NCBI GenBank assembly: GCA_965247115.1
Contig: CBDFGR010000003.1
Location: 451,867 to 515,866, forward strand
Length of the DNA stretch: 64,000 nucleotides
Direction: 5' to 3'
From: Myxococcota bacterium
Lineage (GTDB): Bacteria; Myxococcota_A; UBA9160; SZUA-336
Shown here piece after piece: positions 27,678 through 36,795 of the stretch (positions are counted from its first letter, which is position 1; each line of letters opens with the position of its first letter). The notes beneath the pieces are model-generated. The model did not search any database. It had not been told where the DNA came from and saw only the letters and a list, made by a program, of their open reading frames with translations. The translations under genes and the position numbers were made by a program.

Positions 27678-29306
27678 CTAGAACTCGCTCAAGGAGTGCG
27701 CCCGTCCGTCGAGCTGTTCGGGGGTCTCGAGAGCGAGCCAGCGAGCGAGCGTGGGCGCGATGTCGACCGTGGCCACGCGGCCAGAGCGCTCTGCCGTCTT
27801 CACGCCCTGACCCCAGAAGACCAGCGGGACTCTGCGGTCGTATGCGTAGACGCTGCCGTGCCCCGTGCCCGTGTCGGAGGGCGAGATCAGGCAGGTGCGT
27901 TCCAGCTGGATCAAGAGGTCGCCGCTGCGGCCAGGGACGAAGGAGTTCCGGTAGAGCCTTGCCTGCGCCCCGCTCTCGCTCCGGATCTCGTCTGCTCGCC
28001 AGGCGCGCGCGACCGCCGGGACTCGCTCCAGGTAGGCTTCCGCCACGTCCAGCACGTTCTCGACCGGGATGCCCGCTCGCCTGGAAAGCAGGCGGCGGAC
28101 GCCGATGCGCGAGCCCGCGATGGTCACCCACTGCCTCGGCCACGAGAAGACGCCGCCCAGCTCTTTGTGAAGCTCAAAGAAGAGCCCGAGCACCAGCATC
28201 CGCAGTCCCGCCCGACCATCCTCCTCGGGACATGCGAGCCCTCCCTGCCCTGCCAGCCATTCGGGCAGGGGAAGAACGCCGTGGTCGGAGGTGAGCACGA
28301 CCAGCAGGCTTCCCGCTCCCAGCTCAGCGTTCAGGAAGTCGAGAAAGCGGTCGAGCTCGCGATCGAGACGCACCAGTGTGTCGCGCGACTCGTGGCTGTA
28401 GGGACCGTAGAGATGGCCGACCCGATCCGTGGCGGACAGCGAGATCGCGAGCAGGTCCGGACCCTCTCCCCGACCGAGCCGCGTTCTCGTGACGAGCTCT
28501 CTGGCGAAGCGCAACGTGACCTGATCGAGATAAGGGGTGGCGTAGAGATTCTCTGCAAACCGCTCGGGGTCTCCGTGCAAGAGCGGATGGCCGCTGGTGC
28601 GACCGTACTCCGGAGACTCGCCGGGAAAGTCGTCCGTCCTCCCGGCGGGCACGCCGCTCGCCACGTCGTGTGTCCACGTCCGGGGCAGGCCGGTGGTGAG
28701 CGCAGCGTTGAAGGCCGTCACCCAGGCCGGGCGCTCGTCCACGTAGTAGCGGCTCGTGGTGAAGCCAACAGCGTCGCTGCGGTTCAGCCAGTAGGCGGCA
28801 TCCGCGCTCTGTCCACCGAGCATGATGGCGGCTCGGTCCTTGCCAGAAACGCTGAAGACACGCGTCTCGGGCCGCGCACGCTTCATCCAGTCTCCGAGCG
28901 ACGTCGAGCGCAGGTGTCGCGGAGAACGGCCGTGCTCCGCGCCGAACACGAGCGCATCCTCGCGCGGATCCTCGACGCAATAGGTCGGCCTTCCACCCTC
29001 ACCATCAAGGAAGCGGTTGCCAGGAATTCCACTCCCCGATGGGTGTCGGCCGGTGACCATGCTGGCGTGTCCCGGACAGGTCTCGGTAGTCGCGTGGTCG
29101 AGCCACGCGTTCGTGTAGCGCAGCCCTTCCCTCGCGATCCGACCGAGCCCTCCTGGCAGGCCCTCGTCGACCCGGTCTGCGCGCAGCTGGTCGATCGACA
29201 GCAGCAGCACGAGGCGCGGCAGCTCCGCTGCCGAAGCCGGGCCCGCGCTGCCGCTCGCCACGAGGAGAAGCGTCGCGAGAGCGCCGCTGAAGCGTACGCG
29301 ACTCAC
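27678..29306 (-). CDS. Secreted alkaline-phosphatase-superfamily protein (type I phosphodiesterase / nucleotide pyrophosphatase-like).
   Basis: GTG start at 29306 gives the signal peptide MSRVRFSGALATLLLVASGSAGPASA. Metal-site motifs LLLSIDQLRADR, TETCPGHASMVTG and VLTSDHG. The upstream 120 codons of the track ORF are Arg/Ser-rich junk. Confidence 0.7.
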   Translation of the reverse strand: MSRVRFSGALATLLLVASGSAGPASAAELPRLVLLLSIDQLRADRVDEGLPGGLGRIAREGLRYTNAWLDHATTETCPGHASMVTGRHPSGSGIPGNRFLDGEGGRPTYCVEDPREDALVFGAEHGRSPRHLRSTSLGDWMKRARPETRVFSVSGKDRAAIMLGGQSADAAYWLNRSDAVGFTTSRYYVDERPAWVTAFNAALTTGLPRTWTHDVASGVPAGRTDDFPGESPEYGRTSGHPLLHGDPERFAENLYATPYLDQVTLRFARELVTRTRLGRGEGPDLLAISLSATDRVGHLYGPYSHESRDTLVRLDRELDRFLDFLNAELGAGSLLVVLTSDHGVLPLPEWLAGQGGLACPEEDGRAGLRMLVLGLFFELHKELGGVFSWPRQWVTIAGSRIGVRRLLSRRAGIPVENVLDVAEAYLERVPAVARAWRADEIRSESGAQARLYRNSFVPGRSGDLLIQLERTCLISPSDTGTGHGSVYAYDRRVPLVFWGQGVKTAERSGRVATVDIAPTLARWLALETPEQLDGRAHSLSEF

Positions 29307-29328
29307 GCCAACCCGGGCGGAGCGGGGC

Positions 29329-30186
29329 TCAGCCGCGCTCCGCCACCAGGGTCTGCAGCCGCGCCCACTCGTCGAGGTAGCGCGCGAGGTGGGACCGGTC
29401 GGCCTGCCGACTCTCCGTGTGCAGAAGCTCGCGGAGGCGCTCCTGCTCCAGGGCGTACTCGTCGCTTGTGAAGTGGCCACCGAAGTGCGCGAGCCGCAGC
29501 CACAGCAGATAGGTCGTGAGCGCGTCGAACTCGTTGTACTGCACGATCTTCGCGAGCTCGCCGTCGAGCCACAAGCGCGCGACCTGGCTTCCGTCCACCT
29601 CCATCTTGCCCGGGATTCCGGACTGGGTCGCGAGCTCGTGCAACGACGGCGTTCCCCTGCCAAAGCCAGCGAGAATTCGCTTCAGGTCCACGTTCCAATC
29701 GCTGCTGCGAGCGAAGTAGTCAACGCCCTCCCAGGGCCGCTCTGGCCGCTCGCAGAAAGCCGCCGAGCGCAAGCCAAGAATCGTGCCGCGCTGCAAAAGC
29801 AGCTTGAGGTCCGAGTCGATCGAGTTGAAACCTACCAGCTGCGGTCGGCGCTGACCGACGGCGTCGAGAAAGGTGCTGACGATGTGGGCTTCCGTGCACT
29901 CGTCGTCGGAGGACGGATCGCGGGGCAGGGACAGCAGGTACAGGGTCACCCCTGTGTCGGTGACGCGCCTCTCGACCGCCGCGATCGAGACCACACGACT
30001 GACGGCCAGCTTGAGAAAGGGCGTGGGATCCTCCGGCGTCGCTCCGCCCCGTTGCCACATGAGCTTCATGATCTCTTCGGGATCGGTCACGGAGTCCGGC
30101 ACATCGTAGAGCAGACGCCCCGCCAGGGGGTCCGGGATCCACTCAGCGTCGAAGGCCCACACTCGCTCGGCGACGTACTTGATCAT
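29329..30186 (-). CDS. Predicted 3'-5' exonuclease (COG3298, PolB-exonuclease-like).
   Basis: N-terminal VWAFDAEW (Exo I DxE-like) and overall match to the COG3298 family; 285 aa. Confidence 0.5.
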   Translation of the reverse strand: MIKYVAERVWAFDAEWIPDPLAGRLLYDVPDSVTDPEEIMKLMWQRGGATPEDPTPFLKLAVSRVVSIAAVERRVTDTGVTLYLLSLPRDPSSDDECTEAHIVSTFLDAVGQRRPQLVGFNSIDSDLKLLLQRGTILGLRSAAFCERPERPWEGVDYFARSSDWNVDLKRILAGFGRGTPSLHELATQSGIPGKMEVDGSQVARLWLDGELAKIVQYNEFDALTTYLLWLRLAHFGGHFTSDEYALEQERLRELLHTESRQADRSHLARYLDEWARLQTLVAERG

Positions 30187-30270
30187 GCTCGGCCGTCGGG
30201 AACGATAGTACCAACCGTCAGGGGCCGCGTCGGGTGCAACTCGCCAGCATTGAGTCGCTTCTCCAGCCCG

Positions 30271-30675
30271 CTAGGGACTGGCAGCGACGGAGACCGCGAG
30301 CCCTAGACGACCCGCGGCACTCATTGCGCTCAGGCCATCTTCCCAGCGCGTGTCCGCGTCGGCGCGCAGCGTGATGGCAGACGCGTGCGAGTCTGCGAGC
30401 GCCTCTTCCAGGCCTCGGAGTCCGCCGGCGATGCGCCGATCATCCAGCCAGACCTCGGGCTCCCCGGCAGACCTGGGGCGCAGCGTGACATTCAGCGCCG
30501 CCGCGTCGGCGCTTCCCAGTGCGTTCGCACTGCTCTTCGGGAGCTCGATCGGCGGCAGCGTGGTCTCCTGTGCGTGCGACACCAGCCAGACGATCGCCAC
30601 CATGAGCGCGGCCATGGTGAGGAGCATGATGTCGGGAGCTCCCTCCAGACCCGTACCGGGATTCCAGCGGCGCAT
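30271..30675 (-). CDS. ExbD/TolR-family biopolymer transport protein.
   Basis: Single N-terminal TM (IMLLTMAALMVAIVWL) and a periplasmic domain with LNVTLRP...EVWLDDRRI...AITLRADADTRWEDGLSAMSAAGRLG matching the ExbD/TolR pattern. The start overlaps the ExbB stop. Confidence 0.75.
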   Translation of the reverse strand: MRRWNPGTGLEGAPDIMLLTMAALMVAIVWLVSHAQETTLPPIELPKSSANALGSADAAALNVTLRPRSAGEPEVWLDDRRIAGGLRGLEEALADSHASAITLRADADTRWEDGLSAMSAAGRLGLAVSVAASP

Positions 30676-31499
30676 CAAACGCGCACCTCGCGGACGGGGA
30701 GTGCGCTGTCGAGTCGCCGCCACAGAACGTCGCGGATCCTGGCGTGCCACTCGTCGGGCACAGCTCGGACGAGCTCGAGTCGCAGTGCTTCGGGCTGACG
30801 CGCCCGTAGCGCCAGCACCAGCGCCTCGAGCCCCGCAGCATCGTCACCGAGCGCATTTCCCTCCAGCTCGAAGCTCACTCCTCCCGCGCTCCGCTGGACC
30901 TGCACGCGGGACCACGCGGGGTTGAGCGTGGCGATCACGAGCGTGGCGATCTGCAGGCCCAGACCCAGGAGCGTGGAGGTCATGGCCGCTCCCAGACCCG
31001 CCAGCAGGACGGGAAGGCGCGAGAGAAAGTCGCCTCCCCCGAGCGCATCAAAGGCAAAGCTCAGACCCCAGACGGTTCCGCAGAGCCCGAGCGCGGCGAA
31101 AAGCGGCGCGAGCTGACCCAGCTCTGGTCGTACCGGAGAGGCCGGCGGCCCGTGACCGTGGCGGGTCCGCAGGGCCCGGGCGGCAAGCCAGCCCACCCGC
31201 AAGGCAACCAGGAGCATGGGGACCCAGACCGGCCCCAGTCTGCCGTTCAGAGCGTCGACCAGGTGAACACCCCCCCGGGCCAGCTCGGTCGCCGAGCCAA
31301 GCGCAGGTGCCTCGGGCCCCACGCGCAGCGCGAGCACGCCGAGACCCCCGAGCACCGCGCCCAGAGCCGCAGAGCGCAGCAGGGGTGCCAGCCACGGGCG
31401 GGCCAGCGACAGGGCATCGGCGCTCAACGCGAGCCCCCGCGGACTCGAAAGACCTCCCCGGCGAGTCCCTTTCCCGGCGCGGGGATGAGACCACTCCAC
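30675..31499 (-). CDS. MotA/TolQ/ExbB-family proton channel protein.
   Basis: ALGLCGTVWGLSFAF and AMTSTLLGLGLQIATLVIATL correspond to the conserved GLLGTVxGM and ALxTTxxGL helices. The exact start is uncertain because the 5' end overlaps the upstream small ORF. Confidence 0.75.
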   Translation of the reverse strand: MEWSHPRAGKGTRRGGLSSPRGLALSADALSLARPWLAPLLRSAALGAVLGGLGVLALRVGPEAPALGSATELARGGVHLVDALNGRLGPVWVPMLLVALRVGWLAARALRTRHGHGPPASPVRPELGQLAPLFAALGLCGTVWGLSFAFDALGGGDFLSRLPVLLAGLGAAMTSTLLGLGLQIATLVIATLNPAWSRVQVQRSAGGVSFELEGNALGDDAAGLEALVLALRARQPEALRLELVRAVPDEWHARIRDVLWRRLDSALPVREVRV

Positions 31500-31804
31500 T
31501 CCAGCTCGTTCGCGAGCAGCAGCGCGCCCAGGCGGTCCCGCTCGAGCCCGTGCGGGAGTGTCGTCGTGTGCAGGCGAGCGGGGAGCAACGGGCTCGACGA
31601 GCAGGCCACAATGCCGTGCTCGGCCTGCACCAGCTCGAGCAGCGCGTTTGCGGGCGGCTCCTGCGTGAACCAGTCATGGACTGATTCGACCACGATCGCA
31701 CGCTGCCAGCCGCGCTTGCCGTTACATGATACGGTGTCAGCAGTCGCGGTCGACGCCGAGAGCGTCAGCAGCCCTGCCAGGCCAAGTACTCCGATTCGGA
31801 TCAT
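31424..31804 (-). CDS. Small secreted protein.
   Basis: MIRIGVLGLAGLLTLSASTATA signal peptide; 126 aa; two Cys. Confidence 0.35.
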   Translation of the reverse strand: MIRIGVLGLAGLLTLSASTATADTVSCNGKRGWQRAIVVESVHDWFTQEPPANALLELVQAEHGIVACSSSPLLPARLHTTTLPHGLERDRLGALLLANELEWSGLIPAPGKGLAGEVFRVRGGSR

Positions 31805-31830
31805 GCGCCTCTCCTCTTGGTTCGTTGGGT

Positions 31831-32790
31831 TCAGCGGCAGTCGCCCCACTCCACGCAGTCATCGAAGCCATCGAGCGGGTCGGCGGACGCGGTGGTGCCG
31901 GAGAACGCCTCCTCTTCGATGTCTTCCAGGACGCGCCGCGTGGAGTCCTCGATGTCGAGGTCCGGGAGCTCGAGCCCCCGGATCGCTCCGAGCCGCGCAA
32001 AGTGAAGCCTCAGCATCTGGTTCTGGGCAGCCACCTGGAGCAGCAGGCCCTGGTGATCGAGGGCCCCGCGCAGCGCGCGCGCCTGGTCGATCAGCGAACG
32101 GACCACAAAGGTGCGTTCGCGCACCAGCTCGACGGTCAGCCGGATGCCTTCGGAGGCTTTCGCCCGTCGCAGGTTGCGGTTCAGCACCCGCGACGTCGCC
32201 CAGAGGGCCCGGAACCGCGGGTCGTCGCGTGTGAGCGTGCCCCACTCCTCGAGCACGGCCAGGGCGATGCCTGTTCCCTGCTGCAGCGACCGGAAGGCGG
32301 CCTCCGCCTGTACTTCGTTCCCGCTCTGCTCGAGTCGACCCGAGTGTTCCAGCGCCAGGGCCAGCTTCTCCAGATTCTCGAGGATCGCGCTGCCGTGGAC
32401 GTCGAAGGAGCGGATCGCGTCGAGGTCGGCAGCGTGCCGCTCCGCAAGCGCCTCGAGGTAGCGAGACTTCACCTCGATGCGATGCTCCTCCATCACTCGG
32501 GCGGCCGGCGAGTCGGGCTCCCGTTGCTCGGGCTGGAGCTCGCGCCGCTCACGCTCGATGGTGTCGAGCTCCTCCTCGATGCCGGAGATACGGGACTCGG
32601 TGAGGGCCCGTCGCGCCTCGATCTCGGTGGACGAGCTCTGCAGCTCCTCGTAGTGGTCGCTGATCGCCCGGTTCAAGCTGTCGATCTGGTCCAGCGTCTC
32701 CTCGTCAAAGGGCACCGCGGGGGCACCCGTCGCAAGAGAGGGGGTCGTGAGCAGCAGCGCGACGAAGCAGCTGAGCGTCTTGTGGAGCAT
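31831..32790 (-). CDS. Secreted coiled-coil protein.
   Basis: ATG at 32790 preceded by AGGAGG; signal peptide MLHKTLSCFVALLLTTPSLATGA; long heptad-like E/R/L-rich region; C-terminal DDCVEWGDCR. Confidence 0.5.
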   Translation of the reverse strand: MLHKTLSCFVALLLTTPSLATGAPAVPFDEETLDQIDSLNRAISDHYEELQSSSTEIEARRALTESRISGIEEELDTIERERRELQPEQREPDSPAARVMEEHRIEVKSRYLEALAERHAADLDAIRSFDVHGSAILENLEKLALALEHSGRLEQSGNEVQAEAAFRSLQQGTGIALAVLEEWGTLTRDDPRFRALWATSRVLNRNLRRAKASEGIRLTVELVRERTFVVRSLIDQARALRGALDHQGLLLQVAAQNQMLRLHFARLGAIRGLELPDLDIEDSTRRVLEDIEEEAFSGTTASADPLDGFDDCVEWGDCR

Positions 32791-32847
32791 GGTTCCTCCT
32801 GATGTCCGCCGAGAGAAGTTCGGATCAAGCACCGTCCCCACGTTCGG

Positions 32848-33390
32848 TCAAGGAAGCCCGCGAGCGCGGTACTCCCGCTCGTAGCGCAGCACGCGCGCGA
32901 TATAGGAACGAGTGCTCGTCGGCACCGACGCAAGTCCGCGCCCTGCGCGTTCGGGTCCCGCGTGGTAGGCGGCCAGCGCGAGCCTCACGTTTTGGAAGCT
33001 CTCGAGCTGGTCCGCGAGGTAGCGCGCGGCGCCGTCGAGGTTCTGGGCGGGGTCGAACGGATCGCGCACCGCGAGCGCGTCCGCCGTCTTGGGCATCAGC
33101 TGGCCCAGCCCCTGCGCCCCGGCGACCGATACGGCCTTCGGATCGAAGCCACTCTCCGTGCGCACCAGCGCCGCCAGTAGCGAGCTCGAAAGACCGTGGC
33201 GTCGGGCGGCCGTGCGGATCTCCAGAGCAAAGGGCACGTGCACGGTGGGCGCGACGACGGGTAGCCACTGGCCCCGAGCGATGCGCTGCAGACGCGCCAG
33301 CGCCGCGCGGTCAGACGCGTGCGCCGGCGCTGACAGGCCCAGGACCAGGAGGATCCCGACAGCGAAGAGGCGGAGAGGGATGAGCCTCAT
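32848..33390 (-). CDS. Lytic transglycosylase (SLT-domain) protein, secreted.
   Basis: Signal peptide; SLT catalytic region ALVRTESGFDPKAVSVAGAQGLGQLMP (ES-GF and GLMQLMP-like motifs); AAYHAGPERA. Confidence 0.85.
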   Translation of the reverse strand: MRLIPLRLFAVGILLVLGLSAPAHASDRAALARLQRIARGQWLPVVAPTVHVPFALEIRTAARRHGLSSSLLAALVRTESGFDPKAVSVAGAQGLGQLMPKTADALAVRDPFDPAQNLDGAARYLADQLESFQNVRLALAAYHAGPERAGRGLASVPTSTRSYIARVLRYEREYRARGLP

Positions 33391-34172
33391 GTGCGCTCCG
33401 CCGCGGAGAGATCGATCCGCAGCCCGAGCTCGCGCTCACTGCCGTCGCGTAGCGCGACCGTGAGGACCTCGCACTGAAGTCTGCCGCCGCGCAGCTCGTA
33501 GGCCACGTCGACGCGCAGCAGCGAGTCCGAGCTCACGCCGAGCTCGCGCAGACGCCGATCGAGGGCGCCGAGCAGCGCCGCGTCCAGGCTTGCCGGTGGC
33601 AGCAGCACGACTCGAGAGACGCGCGCACCATAGCGCTCCCGGCCGAGCGCGAGAGCGCTCTGCAGGTGACGGGTGACGTCCCGCGGCCAGCGGCTGAGCT
33701 CTTCCCGGAGACCTTCGGCCCCGAGCAGGCCGCTGCGCGGGTCCACCTCGGCGAGCGCTCGACGCGCCCGCGGGTCGTACACGTAGAACGCGCCCCCCAC
33801 CTCGAGGACAGCCTCCCGGTAGGCGGCGAAGCCGATCCGGATGTAGGTGGCCCGCAGTCGGGGGAAGGCCCCCGCGCGCAGCAGGGCGTCCCCACGCGCG
33901 AGGGCCTCGGGATCAGGGCGCAGCGCGGCAGGTTCGCTCTCCGCCCCGATCTCTGGCTTTGCGAGCTCGGCCCTGGGCGCAGGCGTCTCCCGCACCGGTG
34001 GCGCGAGCTCAGGCTCGCTCGGCTCCGCAAGCTCGATGCGCGCGATCTCGATCGCGCGCACAGCAGCAGTAGCGACGCTGGGCTTGCTGCGCTGCGCGCC
34101 GCCAGCGCGGAAGAGCAAGATCACGCTGAGCGCGACCGCTATCGTGACCGCCCACTCGAGCGTGCGCCTCAC
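33387..34172 (-). CDS. TonB-like envelope-spanning protein: N-terminal TM anchor, Pro/Glu-rich linker and a ~170-aa C-terminal domain unlike canonical TonB.
   Basis: GTG start at 34172 (MRRTLEWAVTIAVALSVILLF TM); linker ELAEPSEPELAPPVRETPAPRAELAKPEIGAESEPAALRPDPE. The upstream 150 codons of the track ORF are Arg-rich junk. Confidence 0.45.
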   Translation of the reverse strand: MRRTLEWAVTIAVALSVILLFRAGGAQRSKPSVATAAVRAIEIARIELAEPSEPELAPPVRETPAPRAELAKPEIGAESEPAALRPDPEALARGDALLRAGAFPRLRATYIRIGFAAYREAVLEVGGAFYVYDPRARRALAEVDPRSGLLGAEGLREELSRWPRDVTRHLQSALALGRERYGARVSRVVLLPPASLDAALLGALDRRLRELGVSSDSLLRVDVAYELRGGRLQCEVLTVALRDGSERELGLRIDLSAAERT

Positions 34173-34579
34173 GGGCTCGGCCCACGTGCGAGGTCCATGA
34201 CACGATCGAGTCGCGAACGGATCTCCTCTGCCTGAAGCCGGCTCAGCTCGCGCGCCGACGTCGGCTCGGGGTGCAACGCCGAAGCTCCTCCCTCGGGCAG
34301 GAGCGACCCAACCGAGTCTTCCGACGGACCGAGATCCGGCTCGAACTCCCGGCGAGCGGATACGTCCGGCAGGCCGGCATGGGTCGCGTCGAGCGTCGAG
34401 GACTCGAGCTGGCTCGGGCGCGCCGCGAGCTCCGCGGTCTCGGTAAGGGCATCCAGCGCGTCCGCCACGCCCTCGCTCACGCGGGCGGCCGGCTCGCGCC
34501 AGCTGCCTGTGTCGAGCGCCAGGTCGACCCCCCAGATGACGAGGGCCGCGCTCCCCAGCGTCGCGAGCAGGCGGATCAT
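34169..34579 (-). CDS. Small membrane-anchored protein.
   Basis: MIRLLATLGSAALVIWGVDLAL N-terminal TM followed by an acidic soluble part. It is 4-nt coupled to the upstream and downstream genes. Confidence 0.4.
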   Translation of the reverse strand: MIRLLATLGSAALVIWGVDLALDTGSWREPAARVSEGVADALDALTETAELAARPSQLESSTLDATHAGLPDVSARREFEPDLGPSEDSVGSLLPEGGASALHPEPTSARELSRLQAEEIRSRLDRVMDLARGPSP

Positions 34580-35088
34580 CCGCCGACCTCGAGCGGCGGG
34601 AGCAGCCGCCGCAGATCACGCGGGATCCGTGCAGACCCCGTCATCTGACCGCAGAGACGATCCCGAATGGCCAGATGGACGAAGAGCTCACCGGCCGCCT
34701 TCTCGCTGCGACTCGCCTCGCGCTCCCAGGCTCCCACAGCCTGGATGTAGAGCTCTCGATCCCCCGCCCGGAGCGCGCTGCGCGCCGCAAGGCGCTGGCA
34801 GGCGCGGCGCAGGTCGCGCTCCACCCTGGGGTCCGCCACGTCGCCCGCGAGCAGACACATACGGGCCGCCCCGGCGTAGTCAGGGCCGCCGGTCCGCTCC
34901 GGGTCGAGCAGATGAAGCGCCGCCTCGGCCAGCTCGCCGGGGCGCGACGGGTCGGCGTCCTCCGGGGAGAGGGCCTTCGCGGGATCGGAGGGCATGCTGT
35001 AGAGCCCCGGGGCGGGACGGACCGAGGCACAGCCTGCGAGCAGCAGTATGGACAGGGCGAGAGAGTGCAATTTCGGGGCTTCGGTCAC
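34576..35088 (-). CDS. Lipoprotein, first gene of the envelope operon.
   Basis: MTEAPKLHSLALSILLLAGCAS signal with lipobox LLAGC; 170 aa. Confidence 0.5.
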   Translation of the reverse strand: MTEAPKLHSLALSILLLAGCASVRPAPGLYSMPSDPAKALSPEDADPSRPGELAEAALHLLDPERTGGPDYAGAARMCLLAGDVADPRVERDLRRACQRLAARSALRAGDRELYIQAVGAWEREASRSEKAAGELFVHLAIRDRLCGQMTGSARIPRDLRRLLPPLEVGG

Positions 35089-35329
35089 TGGCTTCCTCCT
35101 GCCGGTCGGGGCTCTCTACCAGCCTCACCCTGGCGCTCTGGCGTTTCGACGCCGCCCGCCACCGGCGCGGGATGCTCGAGTGAGCCCGCGTTTCGGGACT
35201 GTCTGAAACACGCAGCTCACGCCGCGACGAGACCATGCTGCAACGGTTAACAGCTCCAGCGCTTCGGTCGGGGCCGAATACCCGCTACAGGCCGAGCGCC
35301 TAACTGTGTGAGACTTGGAGGACCCGCCC

Positions 35330-36760
35330 ATGCCAGACGCAGAGAGGCAGCCTGACCTTCGAGATCAGCTTGCCGGAGCCGCCCAGGGAATCGCAGCGAA
35401 GCTGGTCGGAGATCCACAGCGGAGAGCCGAGAGCCTCGGCGAGATCTTCCTCGCCTGCGAGCAGACCGTCCGCGAGCACCCGGACGAGTGCCGCGAGGCG
35501 CTTGCAGTCGGCACCCTCGAGAGCTTTCTCTTGCCCTGCGTCCGGGCCAGCTTGCGCCGTGGCGAACCGTCGCCGCCGCGCGGCGGCTGGCTCGGGACCT
35601 TCATGAGCGTCGACGGGCGCCCCATCGAGCCCGACGAGGCAGAGGATCCCGGTAGCCTGGACCGGGGCGCACTGGAGCTGAGTGAGCGGGCACTCCACCG
35701 CGCCATTTCAACCGCGGCAGCGGAGGGCAACGAGACGTTGCTGCGCAACCTGCGCTGGTATCAGGAGCGGCTCGCCCACAAATCGTACGACGCCATCGCT
35801 CGAGAACAGGGGCGGATCCCGGCGACGGTGCGAACAGGCGTGGCACGCGCCAGAAAGTTCGTGCTGCGCGCCGTCCACGAGCTCAGGAGCGCTCAGCCCG
35901 CACCGCTCTCCGGAGAAGCTCCGGCGGAGCTCGAGCCGCTGCGACAGCTCTGGGTAGACCAGGAGCTCGACGCGCTGGCCCGGGAGATGGAGCGGACCCG
36001 AGCCACGCACTCCGACGACGCCCACTGGCTCAACCTGGCTGCACTGCTGGCAGGGGAGCGGGGCACGAAGGAGCAGGCGGAGGGGCTCTTCGAGAAGGCG
36101 CTCGTGTTCGCTGATGCTCCGAGTGTGCGCGGACGGATCCTGAACAACCTGGGCAATCACGTCGAGGACCTCGGCGATGCCGACTCGGCGGTCGCGTACT
36201 GGTTGCGCGCCACGCAGCTGGTCCCGCACGCTCCTGCACCCCTCGTAAACCTGCTCGCGGCCGCGTCCGGGCGGAAGGACTACCCGGCTGCTCAGCACTA
36301 CATCACCCAGCTCGGCGATCTCTTGAGCTCGGGTCACCTGCGGTCCGAGGAGAGGTCCTACCTGTGTCGCCGCCTGGCCGAGCATCCGAAGCTCGCCTGG
36401 CTGCGCGATACGGACGCGTGGCGCGTCGGTCCCGCCCGCTGGATCCGAGCCGCGCGCGCAGCTCGGTCCTTGACGGTCGCGGCCGCGGCAGCGGCAACTG
36501 CCGCGCTGGCCCTGCTCGTCCTGCTGACCCCGCAGCCCGCGGCGGCCTCAAGCCCGTCCGAGGCGGTGCTGCAAACCGTCGCTGCGGCGACGCTCGGCGA
36601 CAGCATGAGCTTCCAGCGCGGCCGGGGCGGCGACTCGATGGGCAAGCCACCGAAGAAGCTCCGCCCGGACGACGTGCACCTGCGGCACATGTTCCTCGCC
36701 GGCGACTCGATGGGTCGGAGCGGCTCGGGCAGAGGAGGCTCGCGACCGCGCGGCTCCTGA
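35330..36760 (+). CDS. Regulatory protein with a sigma-70 region-4-like HTH, a TPR-like middle region, one TM helix and C-terminal 'GDSM' repeats.
   Basis: ATG at 35330 after GGAGGAC. LLRNLRWYQERLAHKSYDAIAREQGRIPATVRTGVARARKFV resembles ECF sigma region 4. TM LTVAAAAAATAALALLVLL, then three GDSM motifs. Confidence 0.4.
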   Translation: MPDAERQPDLRDQLAGAAQGIAAKLVGDPQRRAESLGEIFLACEQTVREHPDECREALAVGTLESFLLPCVRASLRRGEPSPPRGGWLGTFMSVDGRPIEPDEAEDPGSLDRGALELSERALHRAISTAAAEGNETLLRNLRWYQERLAHKSYDAIAREQGRIPATVRTGVARARKFVLRAVHELRSAQPAPLSGEAPAELEPLRQLWVDQELDALAREMERTRATHSDDAHWLNLAALLAGERGTKEQAEGLFEKALVFADAPSVRGRILNNLGNHVEDLGDADSAVAYWLRATQLVPHAPAPLVNLLAAASGRKDYPAAQHYITQLGDLLSSGHLRSEERSYLCRRLAEHPKLAWLRDTDAWRVGPARWIRAARAARSLTVAAAAAATAALALLVLLTPQPAAASSPSEAVLQTVAAATLGDSMSFQRGRGGDSMGKPPKKLRPDDVHLRHMFLAGDSMGRSGSGRGGSRPRGS

Positions 36761-36795
36761 GAGCGCGCGCCCGCGCGCCAGTCTAGACTCCCCGG

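Noticed and set aside
27522-29471. 649-aa plus-strand ORF opposite the alkaline-phosphatase-family gene
   Set aside because: It is antisense. The minus frame has the AlkP metal-site motifs and a signal peptide.
35089-35329. Possible sigma-54 promoter (TGGCGCtctggCGTTTCG) in the divergent intergenic region
   Set aside because: It lacks the -12 GC/TTGC element at correct spacing, so it was not reported as a feature.
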